Assembly: GCF_964355755.1 (NCBI RefSeq)
Contig: NC_092671.1
Location: 34,048,304 to 34,112,303, forward strand
DNA: 64,000 bases
DNA from: Antedon mediterranea
Lineage: Eukaryota > Animalia > Echinodermata
Direction of reading: 5' to 3'
The position numbers were made by a program, and so were the translations under genes. The notes under the pieces were generated by a model. It saw only the letters and a program-made list of their open reading frames with translations. It was not told the DNA's origin and ran no database searches. Positions 14,344-28,298 of the stretch are shown here, piece after piece. Each line of letters opens with the position of its first letter. Positions within the stretch are counted from its first letter, which is position 1.

Positions 14344-15992
14344 AGTGGCAATATAACAATTATAGTATAATAAACTTTTTTATTTGCATGTTAATAAAAC
14401 TATATTTTGCTTTGCTAAATAGTATAAAAATGGCATTGTTTTTAAATTATATATACAAATAAAATAATTATTAAAATTATTGTTTACATTAACAGGTGTT
14501 ATCATTTTTTGGATACTAAAAACGATGTTTTTATGGCATGAACTTTAAAATTCTGTGTAAACACAAATACAATTTACATTATAAAGAAAATACAATATTA
14601 TCAGCTGTTTGATCACAATGAAACAGCATGAGTGTAGTTTTGATCTTTAACTTTACAATAAAAATTAGTATAATATATTTATAAATTTAATCTTAATATA
14701 TTGATGCTAATTGATATTTTATGACAAATAACTCTCGTATGGTTTGCCTAGAATTTGGACGATAAGCATAACCATGGAAAATGTAACCATGGCATATAAC
14801 CAATAACCAATGAAAATATTTTCGTTTGCTTAAGGTTCTGTTTCTGCTGCATAGCGCCGTTTATTTAAAGAGTATAATTCTTATATTGACTGCATTCTTA
14901 TATTAAACTGATTACATAATATTTTTGCGAAATTGCGAAAAACAGGAAAGTTTTACACCCACACTACGTTACGACAAACACAGAACACAGTTTAAATTGA
15001 ATTTTTTACTTGCACTATAATAAAGCGAATCATTTGATCACTTAAAACTTATAATTTATAACTTATTAATTGTAATTTATTGCATTATTATTCTAATTTA
15101 GCATGCGCATTCATACACATATCTTATAATATGAAACTTGTTTGTACTCGGATCTCCTGATGATGTATTCAATGTACACATTAGTAACAAATAACGAGGT
15201 TTTCAGGATGCTAAAAACAGTGAAAAATCAGACATTAATACATACTAATATTAATGACTTTAATAATTATGGAAAAAATAATAATTATTTTTATATTTGA
15301 AGTAGCTAAGAAAATAATAATCTTTTAATCATTCATGTATTGTCACGAATTTGGTGTTAATGTTGTACATAGTCTATTTTTGTAATTTTTTATTTTATTT
15401 TGGTTATATTGTTTGTCTGAAGAAACACACCCTTTGACGATAGTTGTCTTGTGCTCCCTTTTTATGTTTCACTAAAAGTACTAATAAATAAATAAATAAC
15501 TATAATATAGAAAAAACAAAGTAGAGAAAAAGACAGACTGTATAGCTTCACTTGCACTACACTCGATGAAATTATATATTTCACCAAAATCACAGGAACA
15601 TGTTAACGGCTAAATCTTACCGTTGTTAGCAATTACAACCACACTACGTCACGCCATGGAGAATAATGTACATCATGGTAATGCCAAACACGGAAAATGT
15701 ACATTTATGATAAGCTATGCCCGATACATCTGTTAATACATTAATATTGATAGTCATTTTCTGTATTATTCATTCATTCATTCAATCAATCTTTTATTTC
15801 GGAATCTCTGGTCCGTAGAAATTAAAATTACATATAAATAAAATAAAAATAAACAAGACTAATTAGGCCTGCTACTACTCATCTCAAGATGGAATTCCAC
15901 ATGGAGAGCATCTTTGACTTATATAAGACGTTGCCTATAATTGTTGACACTAAAACATTTTCACTTGAATTGAGTCTACTTATCAGGCCATA

Positions 15993-17299
15993 TCTATATA
16001 TAAATTTACGTAAGGGCAAAATTCGGTAAATCGCGCCTTACTTCTAGAATTTTTACTCGATGGTACATAAAGTTGGTTCTTACTTTCGGTACTGATTTTA
16101 ACCACCTGATGTAACCCTGTTTACTAATCAAATTATGTTAGATAATTAGTTATTGACGATTAAAACGAGTTTATGTTCAACGATTTGCCCCAAATAGGGT
16201 GTTTTCCGATCGTGGTATACACTGTCTAATGGATGTCCATCTTGAAAAATACCCGCAACATAAATGCGAAGAGGCTTCGCATTTTCCTATCTCCTCCTAC
16301 GATAATTGTTTTTAATAGCTCAAAACTGGTTGAACAGCTAGAGTACACCATCATAATGTTGAAGACAGGCCGATTTTCTTAAAAAAATACTATGTTGATA
16401 GATTTAATATACGATTATACAAATGTATTGATTTGCGATGAATGGAACATCCCAATCTCTCAGTCTGCCAGAGTTTGGTTTAACACAAGTAGGTAGATTT
16501 ATGAGCCCTTGGTTTAACACATACGGTAGGTAAATATATGGGCCCTTTGAGAATAAACTTGAGCAATACTGTAAATACCTATTAACTACTTTTGGTCCTC
16601 ATTTGAATCGAACATTTCTTACTGTGAATGTTCGTACTGTTGGATGTGATATAAAAATATATACAAATAAACGTTATTACTGAGATTGTGGATAGGCTCT
16701 ACTGTTAGATATATAACACATTATTATATACACATAAACTTTATACTGACAGTTCCTTCTCAACGTTTGTTTTAATTAATAATTACCAACAATATAAACG
16801 TCGTAGTGGTGTATCGTGACATGTACTTTAATATTTCAATCGATTATGACAGTGACAGTTTTAACAAAGTATTAAATCGCAAATGTTTTACTGTATTTAG
16901 AGATATATTATTTATAGGCGTATAAAACATGACAAAAATATTTCGTTACTGAGTGGATAAAGAATAATATATTTAAAAATTGTTCCTCTTTGTACCTATC
17001 CGCTTTCCCATCCCTCAACCCTAATGTTACATACAAAACACAAATTGGGTTTCTTTAAATGAGTCCAAATAAAAAATGTGGACTCATTTTGTGATAAGTT
17101 TCTCCTTCGGAAGTAATTCCCAGGGTGCTAATGTTAGTTGACTACATAAATCATCGTGTCTATTTATTCGTTTCTGTAAACGACAATTATAGTACAGTAT
17201 TATAGTCCTGCGGAACGTACATTTGAAATCGCCAGTTTTGTTACGCTGAAATTACTGTGTATTCGAGAACGAGCGAAGCGAGCGTACCGTGCCATCTAG
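15993..17299 (+). mobile_element. Non-autonomous Helitron, copy 2
   Basis: Same A/TC start and CTAG/T end; the 3' hairpin is partly deleted. Confidence 0.8.
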
Positions 17300-17519
17300 T
17301 GTTATACAATTCATAAAAGTAAGGAATTCTACATTCCGTAAACATAAAAACGTATCATTATAGATAGATGAGTGGAAATAGACTTTTTAGTCAAACAAAT
17401 TGCAATTGTTTTTCTTCTGAAACATGCTCAACTATATGTAGATATTATCATATCCAAAATCTACCCTGATCTGCCCATTATAAATTACCTAATTTGCATA
17501 AATTAAAAATGGCTGCCAT

Positions 17520-17960
17520 TTGAAACTTTTGACCCTAATTATCTCAAAAACCATCAAGTATTTTGTATAAGAATGTATTAAACACGAATATAAACACGAC
17601 CACAAAGATTCAGAATAATATATTCGATTGGTCTTTGGGGTCAAGGTCAAAGGTCATTCCAGTATGACATCTAAAATATGCTAGTTATCTCCTAATCCAT
17701 AAGGTATTTTGTATAAGAATGTATTAAACACGAATATAAACATGACTCCAACAATTCAGAATAAAATATTTTAATTTTCTTTGGGGTCAAGGTCAAAGGT
17801 CATTCCAATACGCCATCAAAGATATGCTAATATCTCTTAATCCAATAGGTATTTTGAATAAGAATGTACAGGTACAAATATAAACATGATCCTTAAGATT
17901 CAAAATACCACAATTTATTTTTCATCTTACCCTGGGGTGACTGGGTCAAAGGTCAAAACA
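17520..17960. repeat. About 145-bp degenerate tandem repeat (3 units) containing ggggtcaaggtcaaaggtca
   Basis: gtattttgtataagaatgta...ataaacatgac...ttcagaata...ggtcaaaggtca recurs three times. Confidence 0.7.
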
Positions 17961-18814
17961 TTCAAATTATCTTTTAAATCAATTTACATAGTAGTCTTAC
18001 TACTAAAAACGTAGTACAAAAAAGTATTACATTCAGTTTAATTCATTAATTTCTATAATAAGTAATTTTCAGATTACAGATGCTGACGATTACATAACTG
18101 AACTTAGATCGTGTGGTTTTTTGGTCACAATCAATCTACTCGCATACCACTGAAAATTCTGTGTCAAACCAGAAACAGTTTTCACCACCTATATTATTTT
18201 ATTGTTGGAACTCACAGAGAAAGTCTGCCAGGCAATGAGGAAGAAAGACAAGCTCTTGTGAGTATCATACTAACACTATATACAGCCAAAAAAAGAATTC
18301 AAAATGTGTGAATGCTGTACTGTTATACTGTAATAAGTTGAACAGTTATACATTATAATAATATTTGATTTTAAATATAAACCAAATAGTTAAACAACAA
18401 CAAAAAACATCCATTTTTATATCTTTGTAGACAGAAGAAAAGTTTTTACTGAGAAAGAAGGCATTTAAGAAAAAAACATATGAAGATCATGTTGTGGTAA
18501 AGTATTATGCCATTGATAATAGCGTCAGATCACCATTGTTGGATAAATCCATTGTTGAGCTTAGAGGTAGCTAAGAATGAACCATATATGGGAGAGAAGA
18601 TGCCATTAAAATGGTTGAATTTCTTGCATGAAATTGAACAATTACGTGCACAGAATGAACACTCAATTAACTTCAAGCAGGCAAGTAATATGATGATTGT
18701 GATGGTGTTTTTTTATTTGCATTACATGGTTGATTGTTTATATAATTATCTATTTTTAATCGGAAATGTTTATTTACTTTCATTTTCAATCATATTTATG
18801 ACAAGAAAAGGTTG

Positions 18815-19615
18815 TTTTTAGTCGCGTGGACGCGACTCTATAGTTCAGTATGTCGGTCGGTCGGTCTGTCTGTCGGTCTGTCGGTCTATCTACTGTCAGT
18901 CCGGTATCACTATGCGTTTTATTGCTTTTCTGTACTTTTTGAACTGTTTTGATGTCAACATGTGGGCATTTACGTGAAATTGTGGACCTCCTATTGTGAA
19001 TGACGTTAGAGTTGCGCAACGTAATTTACGCGCGATTTAACGATTTTCTCGTATTTAACATAGGTCAAAAACCAAATAACATTTTAATTGAAACTTTGCA
19101 AAAGTTTAATTTATATCAGGCGCTAACTTTCTGTTGAAAAAAAAAATGTGTGTTTTACACAAAGTTACGCGCGCACGCGCATTTAAAATTTTAAAATGCG
19201 CAAAATTAATTTTTAATCAACTTTCTACGCGTTTTTTGTCATTTTGAGCATGTCAAAAATTTCCATACGCGCGCAAATTTTTACGCGCGCGGTGCGCACG
19301 TAGCGTTAAATACATACTTTTTTCGCGTGATTTGTGTTTTTGCAGCTTTTTCTAATAATTTTACCAACTTTTAAACAATTTCGACTTAAAATTACGTCAT
19401 ACGAGCACGTCGAATTGAGTAATTTGCGCACGTTTTTGATGAAAAAGTCAAAAAATTCATAAAATTTATGCCTTTTTAGTCGTGTGGACGCGACTCTATA
19501 GTTCACTATGCCGGTCGGTCTGTCGGTCTGTCGGTCTGTCTGTCGGTCTGTCGGTCTTTCTGTCGGTCCGGTATCACTATGCATTGTAGCACGCGACTTA
19601 ATGGCTGTTGGCCTT
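18815..19615 (+). mobile_element. DINE/HINE-like element(s), family C, in an intron of the pseudogene
   Basis: agtcgcgtggacgcgact palindrome at about 18820 and about 19478, GTCG/GTCT microsatellite, ggccttg end. Empty site in the paralog near 53088. Confidence 0.7.
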
Positions 19616-21412
19616 GTTTTTTATCTATTTAATTTGAAATACCAGGCAACCAAAATCTCATCCAAGTGTCATATCAACACAAATATTCAGTTATTTGCTA
19701 TGTTACATTTTCATCAGGACATTGGTAACATCGTTTAATACGGAGAAAGAGACACACCAGATAGCGCCCTTAATGACATCATCATTATAATACCGCCAGT
19801 GGTTGATTTACATATTCAGGCTAGTTATAACAGTGAAGAATCCTTCAGATCAAGTATGAGTTTTATTTTATTTTGTTAGTTTATTCGACAGGTTTATTTT
19901 ACTTACGTTTACTAATTTAAAACCATAGTGATGAAGATAATTAAAAATTATTTGAAACTCGGTAAATCAACAATATGATTTTATTTCCAGATATTGAACA
20001 ATTCAAAAGTGTTAAGAACTGCTGGCACATACTAAACTAGTTGCTGTATTACTTGTTTTTGTAGTGGGCAGAGTTTAGAAGCTCTTGGGAAAAACTTGAT
20101 GAAGAAGGTCTCCTGGAAGAGAGACTACTTAGACGTATGTGGCAAGAATTTCTTGAGAAATTTGAAGAATTGTTACAGCTAATACAGAAATTTGACTTGA
20201 TATGTGTTAAGACTCAGTCTACTCTGTAGAAAAAGATTTTTAACTTTTTTTTCGTTACTTAATCAAGTAGTTTTGTTTGTTGTTTTTTTCATCTTATAAC
20301 TTGTATGTAACAATCTTAAACCTTAATTAAAACCTATAAGAAACATTAATTTCAAATTCTTTTTAAAAGACAACAGGTACTAAAAGGGATCGTCTCTTTT
20401 ATGTGCCCATCACTGCTGATGAAGAATGAAGGTGATGAGATGGTATCACTTGATAAACTGGCAAAGTCAACTAATACTGCGGTATTCTATGTTGACTTTG
20501 ATGGTTTTCTACCTGAAGACTGTACTATCGACTCGTAGTAAGAATTGTACATTGGTCACAACAAAGGTCACATGATAAGGGTTATAATCCTAAACTCTTT
20601 TACCAGCAGGTAAAGGTGTACATTAATCAGAACCACGATGCAATCATCAGGATCCTTCCTGTAAAAAGATCTTGTATCCAGGTAGGCTAGGAGTGTTTGG
20701 TCTTTTTTCATTGTTCTCTGCTTGTGATTAAAAAATTAAAATGCATTGACAGAGGAGTGTATTGGTATTTTAAGCCAATTAAATTTCTAATTGATACACA
20801 TTTTGTATTAATGCATTAAAAAGTAATTTAATTGATGTACATGGTTATTTTCTAAAAAGATTCATAAGTTTCTGCAGACTAGCTCAATTTAAAAATCATC
20901 CATGCTCCAATAATTGACTTTTTTATATTATATAGGTTGTTATTTACAGACTTAAAGTTGGCGGTAAACAGCTTGAACCATCCCGAAGTGTGTGCAAAGA
21001 GGCAAGTATCAAGTTCTTCTTGATTAATAAGTTTAGTCACATCGTGTTCAATTTTGAAATGTTCAAAAGAGATTATAAATTTAAAATGTATCAATAAGGG
21101 ACAATTTGAGACATTTTGTTGTGTGATATCAAATATCAGTTTGACATTAAATTTAAAAAAATATTTTTACCTTATATTGCAGATACTACAGCTTATTAAA
21201 GAAAACCTACTGGACATTGGCCACAAGTGGATGAAACGTTTTGATTTTAACGTCTGCGTCCTGTGCAACGTCTGCCCTGAGGAGAACCTTCACTTGCACA
21301 CACTTAAAGAGTGTTTAGTTTCAACACCAGGGTGTGGTCCAGACGATGGCATGGACACTTGCAAAGTCAGGCGTTTGTTTGGAAAGGACAATAGAAATCA
21401 AGGTACTACAAT

Positions 21413-22133
21413 AACAAGGCCATATATATGGCTGCAGTCGCGTGCTTAAGTTAGTGTTTACCGACCGACCAACCAACAGACAAACCGACCGAAATTGCTG
21501 AACATGTTTAAAAATGTTGAAAATATTTGATTTACATTTATATATTTTTTTATTTACACGTGCGTAGCCGGCCTATCACTTTTGACGGGCTCGTATAACG
21601 TAAATTGGAGTTGGAAAGTGAATCAAATATGATGATATTATTAAAGAAAGTTTTAAAACAGAAATCGGGCAAAACGAGTGCGTATTAACGTTTAACGTGC
21701 AGTACGCGTGCAACTGCGCACTCATTGTAATTTTTTAAACTCTTAAAATTGCCTGAAACGTACTCTAATTTCATCGAAAATAAATTTGACAATTTTCTAA
21801 ATTTTAAGCACGCGTATGTATGCGTTATATGCGCTACGCACGTAAGTGTATTGCCATATATGATGATGACCTGAAATTTATGAGTACCAAATTTTATATA
21901 AATGTGATTCATGCTTGTAAAGATATGATTACAAACGTGATTTCGTTAAATCATGCGTAGACGGCGTAATTTTTGATTGCGCACCTTAAAAAATATAACC
22001 ACATCGAGTCCTGGCCATAACGGATATTCTCTGAAAAATTGACTAAATGAAACTGATATCAAGCGAGGCCATATACAAGTTAGTGTTTACCGACCTAAAA
22101 TAGTGAGCTGTAGAGTCGCGTTGCACGCGACTA
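21413..22133 (-). mobile_element. DINE/HINE-like element, family C ends with a family B core
   Basis: agtcgcgttgcacgcgact palindrome at the right end, ggccatatatatggc hairpin at the left; core is the reverse complement of about 5710-6250. Confidence 0.7.
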
Positions 22134-22440
22134 ACAATGTTAAAGTATCGTCTGAAATAGAGGTAACAACGGGTCGGAAAACCTTTAATGACGTCATGTG
22201 GCAAACTCTTTCTTCTTTCCCTGGACATAATAAGCTATAATTGCTACAATTAAAATGTGCCCTTGTGTCCTAAGACAAATGGGATGGCAAACATTATAAT
22301 GGCTTCTTTATTAAACCCAGGAAAAGATTCATCCTGATAAACCAAATAATGTTTTAAAGTCCGAGTCAGCCAATTCTTTATGTAGCATATAATGTATGAA
22401 CCCAGATGGTAACCTAGTTAAGATACTGTATTCTTTTTTA

Positions 22441-23756
22441 TCTATATATAAATTTACGTAAGGGCAAAATTCGGTAAATTGCGCCTTACTTCTAGAATTT
22501 GTACTCGATGGTATATAAAGTTGGTTCGTACTTTCGGTACTGATTTTAACCACCTGATGTAACCCTGTTTACTAATTAAATTAAGTTAGATAATTAGTTA
22601 TTGACGATTAAAACGAATTTAGGTTCAACGATTTGCCCCAAATAGAGGTGTTTTCCGATCGTGGTATACACTGTCTAATGGATGTCCATCTTGAAAAATA
22701 CCCGCCACAAAAATGCGAGGAGGCTTCGCATTTTCCTATCTCCTCCTACGATAATTGTTTTTAATAGCTGAAAACCGGTTGAACAGCTAGAGTACACCAT
22801 CATAATGTTGAAGACAGGCCGATTTTCTTAAAAAAATACTATTTTGATAGATTTAATATACGTTTATACAAATGTATTGATTTGCGATGAATGGAACATC
22901 CCAATCTCTCAGTCTGCCAGAGTTTGGTTTAACACAAGTAGGTAAATTTATGAGCCCCTGGTTTAACACATACGGTAGGTAAATATATGGGCCCTTTGAG
23001 AATAAACTTGCAATACTTTGACAATACAGTAAATACCTCATTTGAATCGAAAATGTCTTACTGTGAATGTTCGTACTGTTAGATGTAATATAAAAATATA
23101 TACAAATAAACTTTATTACTGAGATTGTGGATAGGCTGTACTGTTAGATATATAAACACATTATTATATACAAATAAACTTTATACTGACAGTTCCTTCT
23201 CAACGTTTGTATTAATTAATAATTACCAAAAATATAAACATCGTAGTGGTGTATCGTGACATGTACTTTAATATTTCAATCGATTATGACAGTGACAGTT
23301 TTAACAAAGTATTATTTATTAAATTTCAAATGTTTTACTGTATTTAGAGGTATAGTATTTATAGGCCTATAAAACAAGAACAAAATATTTCGTTACTGAG
23401 TTGATAAAGAATATATTTAAAAATTGTTCCTCTTTGTACCTATCCGCTTTCCCATCCTTCAACCCTAATGTTACATACAAAACACAAATTGGGTTTCTTT
23501 AAATGAGGCCAAATCAAAAATTTGGACTCATTTTGATAAGTTTCTCCTTCGGAAGTAATTCACAGGGTGCTAATTTTAGTTGACTACATAAATCATCGTG
23601 TCTATTTATTCGTTTCTGTAAACGACAATGTATTATAGTCCTGCGGTACGTACATTTGAAATCGCCAGTTTTGCTACGCTGAAATTACTGTTTTTTCGAG
23701 AACCATCTGTGGGCACGACCTAGATGGTACGCGAGCGAAGCGAGCGTACCATCTAG
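22441..23756 (+). mobile_element. Non-autonomous Helitron, copy 3 (last intron of the pseudogene)
   Basis: A/TC start; ends ctagatggtacgcgagcgaagcgagcgtaccatCTAG/T. Confidence 0.8.
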
Positions 23757-24079
23757 TATATATAATGTACGTAACGGCAAATTAAGCCTAAGTGTTGTTT
23801 TATTATTATTTGTATAATGTAAAGAGGGACTACAGCGACAGGCCCATCGGGCCTTTTGTAGTCTCTCGACTATATATATTATATGCAAACCATTGTTAAT
23901 GTTATATAATATTTTTGTCAATAAATGTTTCTTTCTTTCTTGAACATTTCTTATCATTGGCACATTCTGTGATACTGTGTGTGATACACGCTTCCTATGC
24001 TATATTACGGAGTTTGTTGATTATGCTAGACAGATTGAATGCTGTAATGTTGAGATGTACAGTACTGAACATTTTAAAA

Positions 24080-27000
24080 TCAAATCAAATCAAATCTTTA
24101 TTCGTTCCATATAAAATAAATTGTACATGGAAAAATTGTTTTCCTCGACAGAAAAATATGGTAAAACATTCATAATTACATCATACATAGAACAAATTTA
24201 CAATTTAAAAACATTAATTAAAACATCCATCAACAGTAAAACTTTAAAATATATATTGCATGTGCGCTATTATGATCTAACAATCTTTGAGTTAAAAATA
24301 TGAGTTGTATTTGGTACAAAAGACAGTCGGTGTCTTGACGTATCAGCTCTAGGAGCCCGTAACCGGCCTGACTTGTTCTTAAAAAATCTCATATGTAATG
24401 GATGTTTCTTATCTTCTAAAATTTTACTTAATTTACTTCGGACCTGTTTTTCATAAAGATATTTTAAATCATTAACCGTACAACCAATAATATTTGATGC
24501 TATATTAGTAATTCTAATGAGACATTTCTTGTGTGTTTCATTTAAATTACCGAACCAAGCAATAAAAGAGATAACCAGTACTGATTGAATAACTGTTTCA
24601 TAGAATAATTTTAAAGTACCACAGCTAACATTAAACTTATTTAGCTTTCTTAGGAAATATAACCTTTGGTGACCTTTCTTAATTATCTCGGCCGTATTTT
24701 TTTCAAAACTATGTTGATCATCAATATGTGTACCAAGATATTTGGTTTCATGAACACGTTCAATTGTCTGATCATTAACTATCAGATAACTTTTTTCATT
24801 TTTTTTTTCCTAAAATTCCTTATAATTTCTTTAGTTTTATTAAAATTAATCTTAAGGTAATTGTTATTGCACCATGACATTAATTTAACATATTCAGCCT
24901 TATACACATGATCGTCAGCATTTGTCAATAGACCAATCGGTACCATGTCATCTGCGTATTTGATTATATGACACATGCTACATGAAGATCGACATTCACT
25001 AGTATATGTTGTAAATAAACTTGGTGACCGACAATACCCCTGGGGTGCACCAGTGCTGGTCCTTCTAATCTCTGAGATAGATTTACCAACTTTAACATAC
25101 TGTAGCCGATTTGTAAGAAATCACCAACCCATAGAGCAAGGTAAGGATTAACCTTCCATTCAGACATTTTATTCATTAAAATATGAGGCTGCATCAAATT
25201 AAATGCAGATGAAAAGTCTATGAATAGCCCTCGAGCATAGGTCCCCTTCTTATCTAAATGTGAAACCACCAGGTCTAACAAGGTTATAATAGCATCATCG
25301 ACCCCTCTATTACATTGATATGCAAATTGGTTATTATCCATAAAATCACTACATTCAGACATTAGTTGACTTCTAACAATTTTCTCAAGGATCTTCATTA
25401 GAATAGATGTTAATTCCACTGGTCTGAAGTCGTTAATGAGTTTAGGGTTACACATTTTCGGAACAGGTATAATCTCAGAGACCTTCCATAGATCAGGTAC
25501 CACCCTCGTGTTCAGTGAACACTGGAAAAGCTGGCTTATTATTGGTGAAAGCTGAGAGGCACATGATATAATCAAACGCCCTGATACACCGTCCGGACCC
25601 TTTGCTTTACTAACATTTACCCTTTCCATATATTTCTTAACATCATCTACATCAATTTTTATTGCACTTTTATCATTCATTTCATTTTTTAACCCTTCAG
25701 CAGATGCAGTCATTTCACATTTAAAATTTATTTCATCAAATCTAGAATAAAAAATATTAAAATCATTTGGTTTAAAACTGTGTTCCATTTCATTATTTTT
25801 CTTCCCCATACCTGTAATTTTCCTAACTCCATTCCAGGCCTGACAGGTGTCCCGGCACTTGAATTTGTTCTCAATTTTTTCTCCATATTCTTTTTTACAT
25901 GCTTTGATTTTCTTATTTACACATTTTTTAATCTTTTTCTTTTCCATCTCGTTGCATTTGTTTTTGGATGCAATATATTTCTTAAGTAATTCCTTTCTTA
26001 CATCTTTTGTGAGCCAAGGCTTATTATTATTAAATATTCTAATTTTGTTTTTGGGTAAGATCAGATTTTGACAGAATTTTATGTATTCAACAATTGCTAC
26101 TGTAGCCTCATTTAAAGTTTCCGAAGAGTCCATAAACATATTCCAATCAGTGGCTTCATAACACCCTTTTAACTCATTAACCGTATCCTCAGACCACACT
26201 AATCTTTCTATAACAATAGGTTTCTGCTGTTTAAGTTTCTGTTTATATTTCGGAATAAGATTAATACAATTATGATCAGAATTTCCTATACCTGGTAATT
26301 TATAAGCCTTCACTAATATTCCCAAAACACTTATCTAATACATTTTCTTTTCTAATAGCACATTTAACATACTGTCTATACTCGGGTAGGAACTTCTTGT
26401 TAAAATCGCCCATCACAAAGTTTGGTGCATCTGGTGCAATCTTCTCCATCCTGCGAATAACCTCAGAGACTTTCTGTGCTGCGATCATGTCGTTAGCATT
26501 TGGGTGGATATACGCACAAGCAATATATATTCTGTTAAATTCTCTCGGAAGATAATACGGTCTCAACGAAAGTGTCAACAATTCAATGTCAACAGAACAA
26601 TATTGTTCCTTTACCGAAACATTTCTGCACCATTTATTATTCACGTACATACATACACCTCCGCCTTTAGCTTTACCGGTGCATCCCTGCTCCTATCCAT
26701 ACGAAATACGGAAAACTCATCAATACTTAACAATTCATCCGGATCAGTATTGCAAAACCATGTTTCTGATATGCATATCACACACAAATTTCGGTATTCA
26801 TTTCGATATTTACAACACGCTTGTAATTCATCCATTTTGTTTCTTAACGATCTAGCATTACCAAAAATTATCGTGGGCAGTGCCGGTTTAAATCTACTAT
26901 AGTTATTGTAATTCCTTCTTCTTACCCGTGCCTTAATACCTCCTCTGCATCCTCTCTTCCTTTTGCGTATATAGTGATTAGGAATCGCTTTAAGATCAAT

Positions 27001-28298
27001 TGGCTTTAGAGTTACATCTGGTTGTAGGCGAATTAATTCCTCTCGAGTGAAAGTCCTACGAGGGCCTGGCCCGCCTGCGATTTTTTTTTTCGTAAATAAG
27101 TTGGGGACCCCCTCATGAAACGTCACAAAATAAACATGAATAATTCATCAGTTAAATTGTCTTGTTCCGTGTGCACCCAAGCGTATAGCAACAAGAAGTG
27201 ATTACACAAGTGCGGTACGATTCTAGGCCTATCTCCGCTGTTGTTTTCATAGAAGAATAGCGGCGTTTTGTGTGGATTGTCGAAATAATCAGCCTTTAGT
27301 TTATGGTGTTTTTAATATAATTTATTACTAAAGAATTACGTGTTAAAATTATAGTTTCTATTAATACTATGGCACAATACTATTAGGCCTAATTATTAGT
27401 CTCTAAACCCATGTCTATTCTAGTAGTAGCTGTGTGGGTGTGTGTGACGTGTGTGTGTTAGGTATGACCAAAGATATAGTTACACTATCTTTGGTATGAC
27501 ACAATCTGAGTAATAAGTCAGCAAAATTAAACAATAAACATTACACAAAAATACATTTTTTATTCTCGTGGGTCAAATCTTCCCATCTCATGTGTTCATA
27601 TACGCGCATTTTTAAAGTTCCTTTGAGTACATGCATATTGTTTGATAATAAAATAGCAGAATTAAAAAAATACAGTACACAAATTATACACATTCTTTAT
27701 TCTTGTGGGTCTAAGCTTTCTTTGGGCTATGTCCAATGAATTACTACTTAGTTTAATGTCTTGCCTAGCTGTCGATTAGCCTCGACTCGACACATTTTGT
27801 GTGAAGAAGAGTGCGCGAAGGCAATCACGTGAATTGACTTAGAATCCTAGGCCTACTGTAGAAAGTATCGTATCGCAGTTGTGTAATCACTTCTTGTTGC
27901 TATACGCTTGGGTGCACACGGAACAACAAATTTAACTGATGAATTATTCATGTTTATTTTGTGACGTTTCATGAGGGCCCGCCTAGGCCTGACATTCCAT
28001 CTTGATCGTTGATTGTTGTGTTAACATTCCACACATCGCCTGCACGGCATGCAGGTTGTTGCGATATGGCGTCACGGTTCATGTTTGGGGCCTGGTGGGA
28101 TTGTATGTCCAGTATAACAGTTAAAAATATAACAAAACACGACAAAAACACAACACCCTTCACACAATAAACTCCACGGATACCACAAAAACCACAAGGC
28201 ATAGATAAAAATCCCAAATCCACTGTACAAACACAAAAAATAGATTTAAAATTGAAGACGTTCTGTCGAGGTCTGACCGCCAAGTCCGGCGCAGATAT
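24080..28298 (-). mobile_element. Near full-length degenerate non-LTR retrotransposon, Rex-Babar-like (APE endonuclease + RT)
   Basis: Frameshifted ORFs: RKRKRGCRGG, LPTIIFGNARSLRNKMDEL, CISETW, LRPYYLPREF, MGDFN, GNSDHN, KAKGPDG, NDFRPVELTS, QFAYQ, LFIDFSSAFN, KYADD. (GATTT)n 3' tail at 24080. Empty site in the paralog at about 58304 (cattttaaaa/caactaaatcc). Confidence 0.85.
27077..27975. mobile_element. MULE-like MITE, copy 2, nested in the LINE
   Basis: Same left end as 8925; right TIR lacks its outer part; exact 9-bp TSD GGCCCGCCT at 27068-27076 and 27976-27984. Confidence 0.8.

Noticed and set aside
13994-14359. Repetitive ORFs on both strands; possible CRISPR array
   Set aside because: Contiguous 42-bp units with no unique spacers and no cas genes; the frames stay open because the unit is a multiple of 3.
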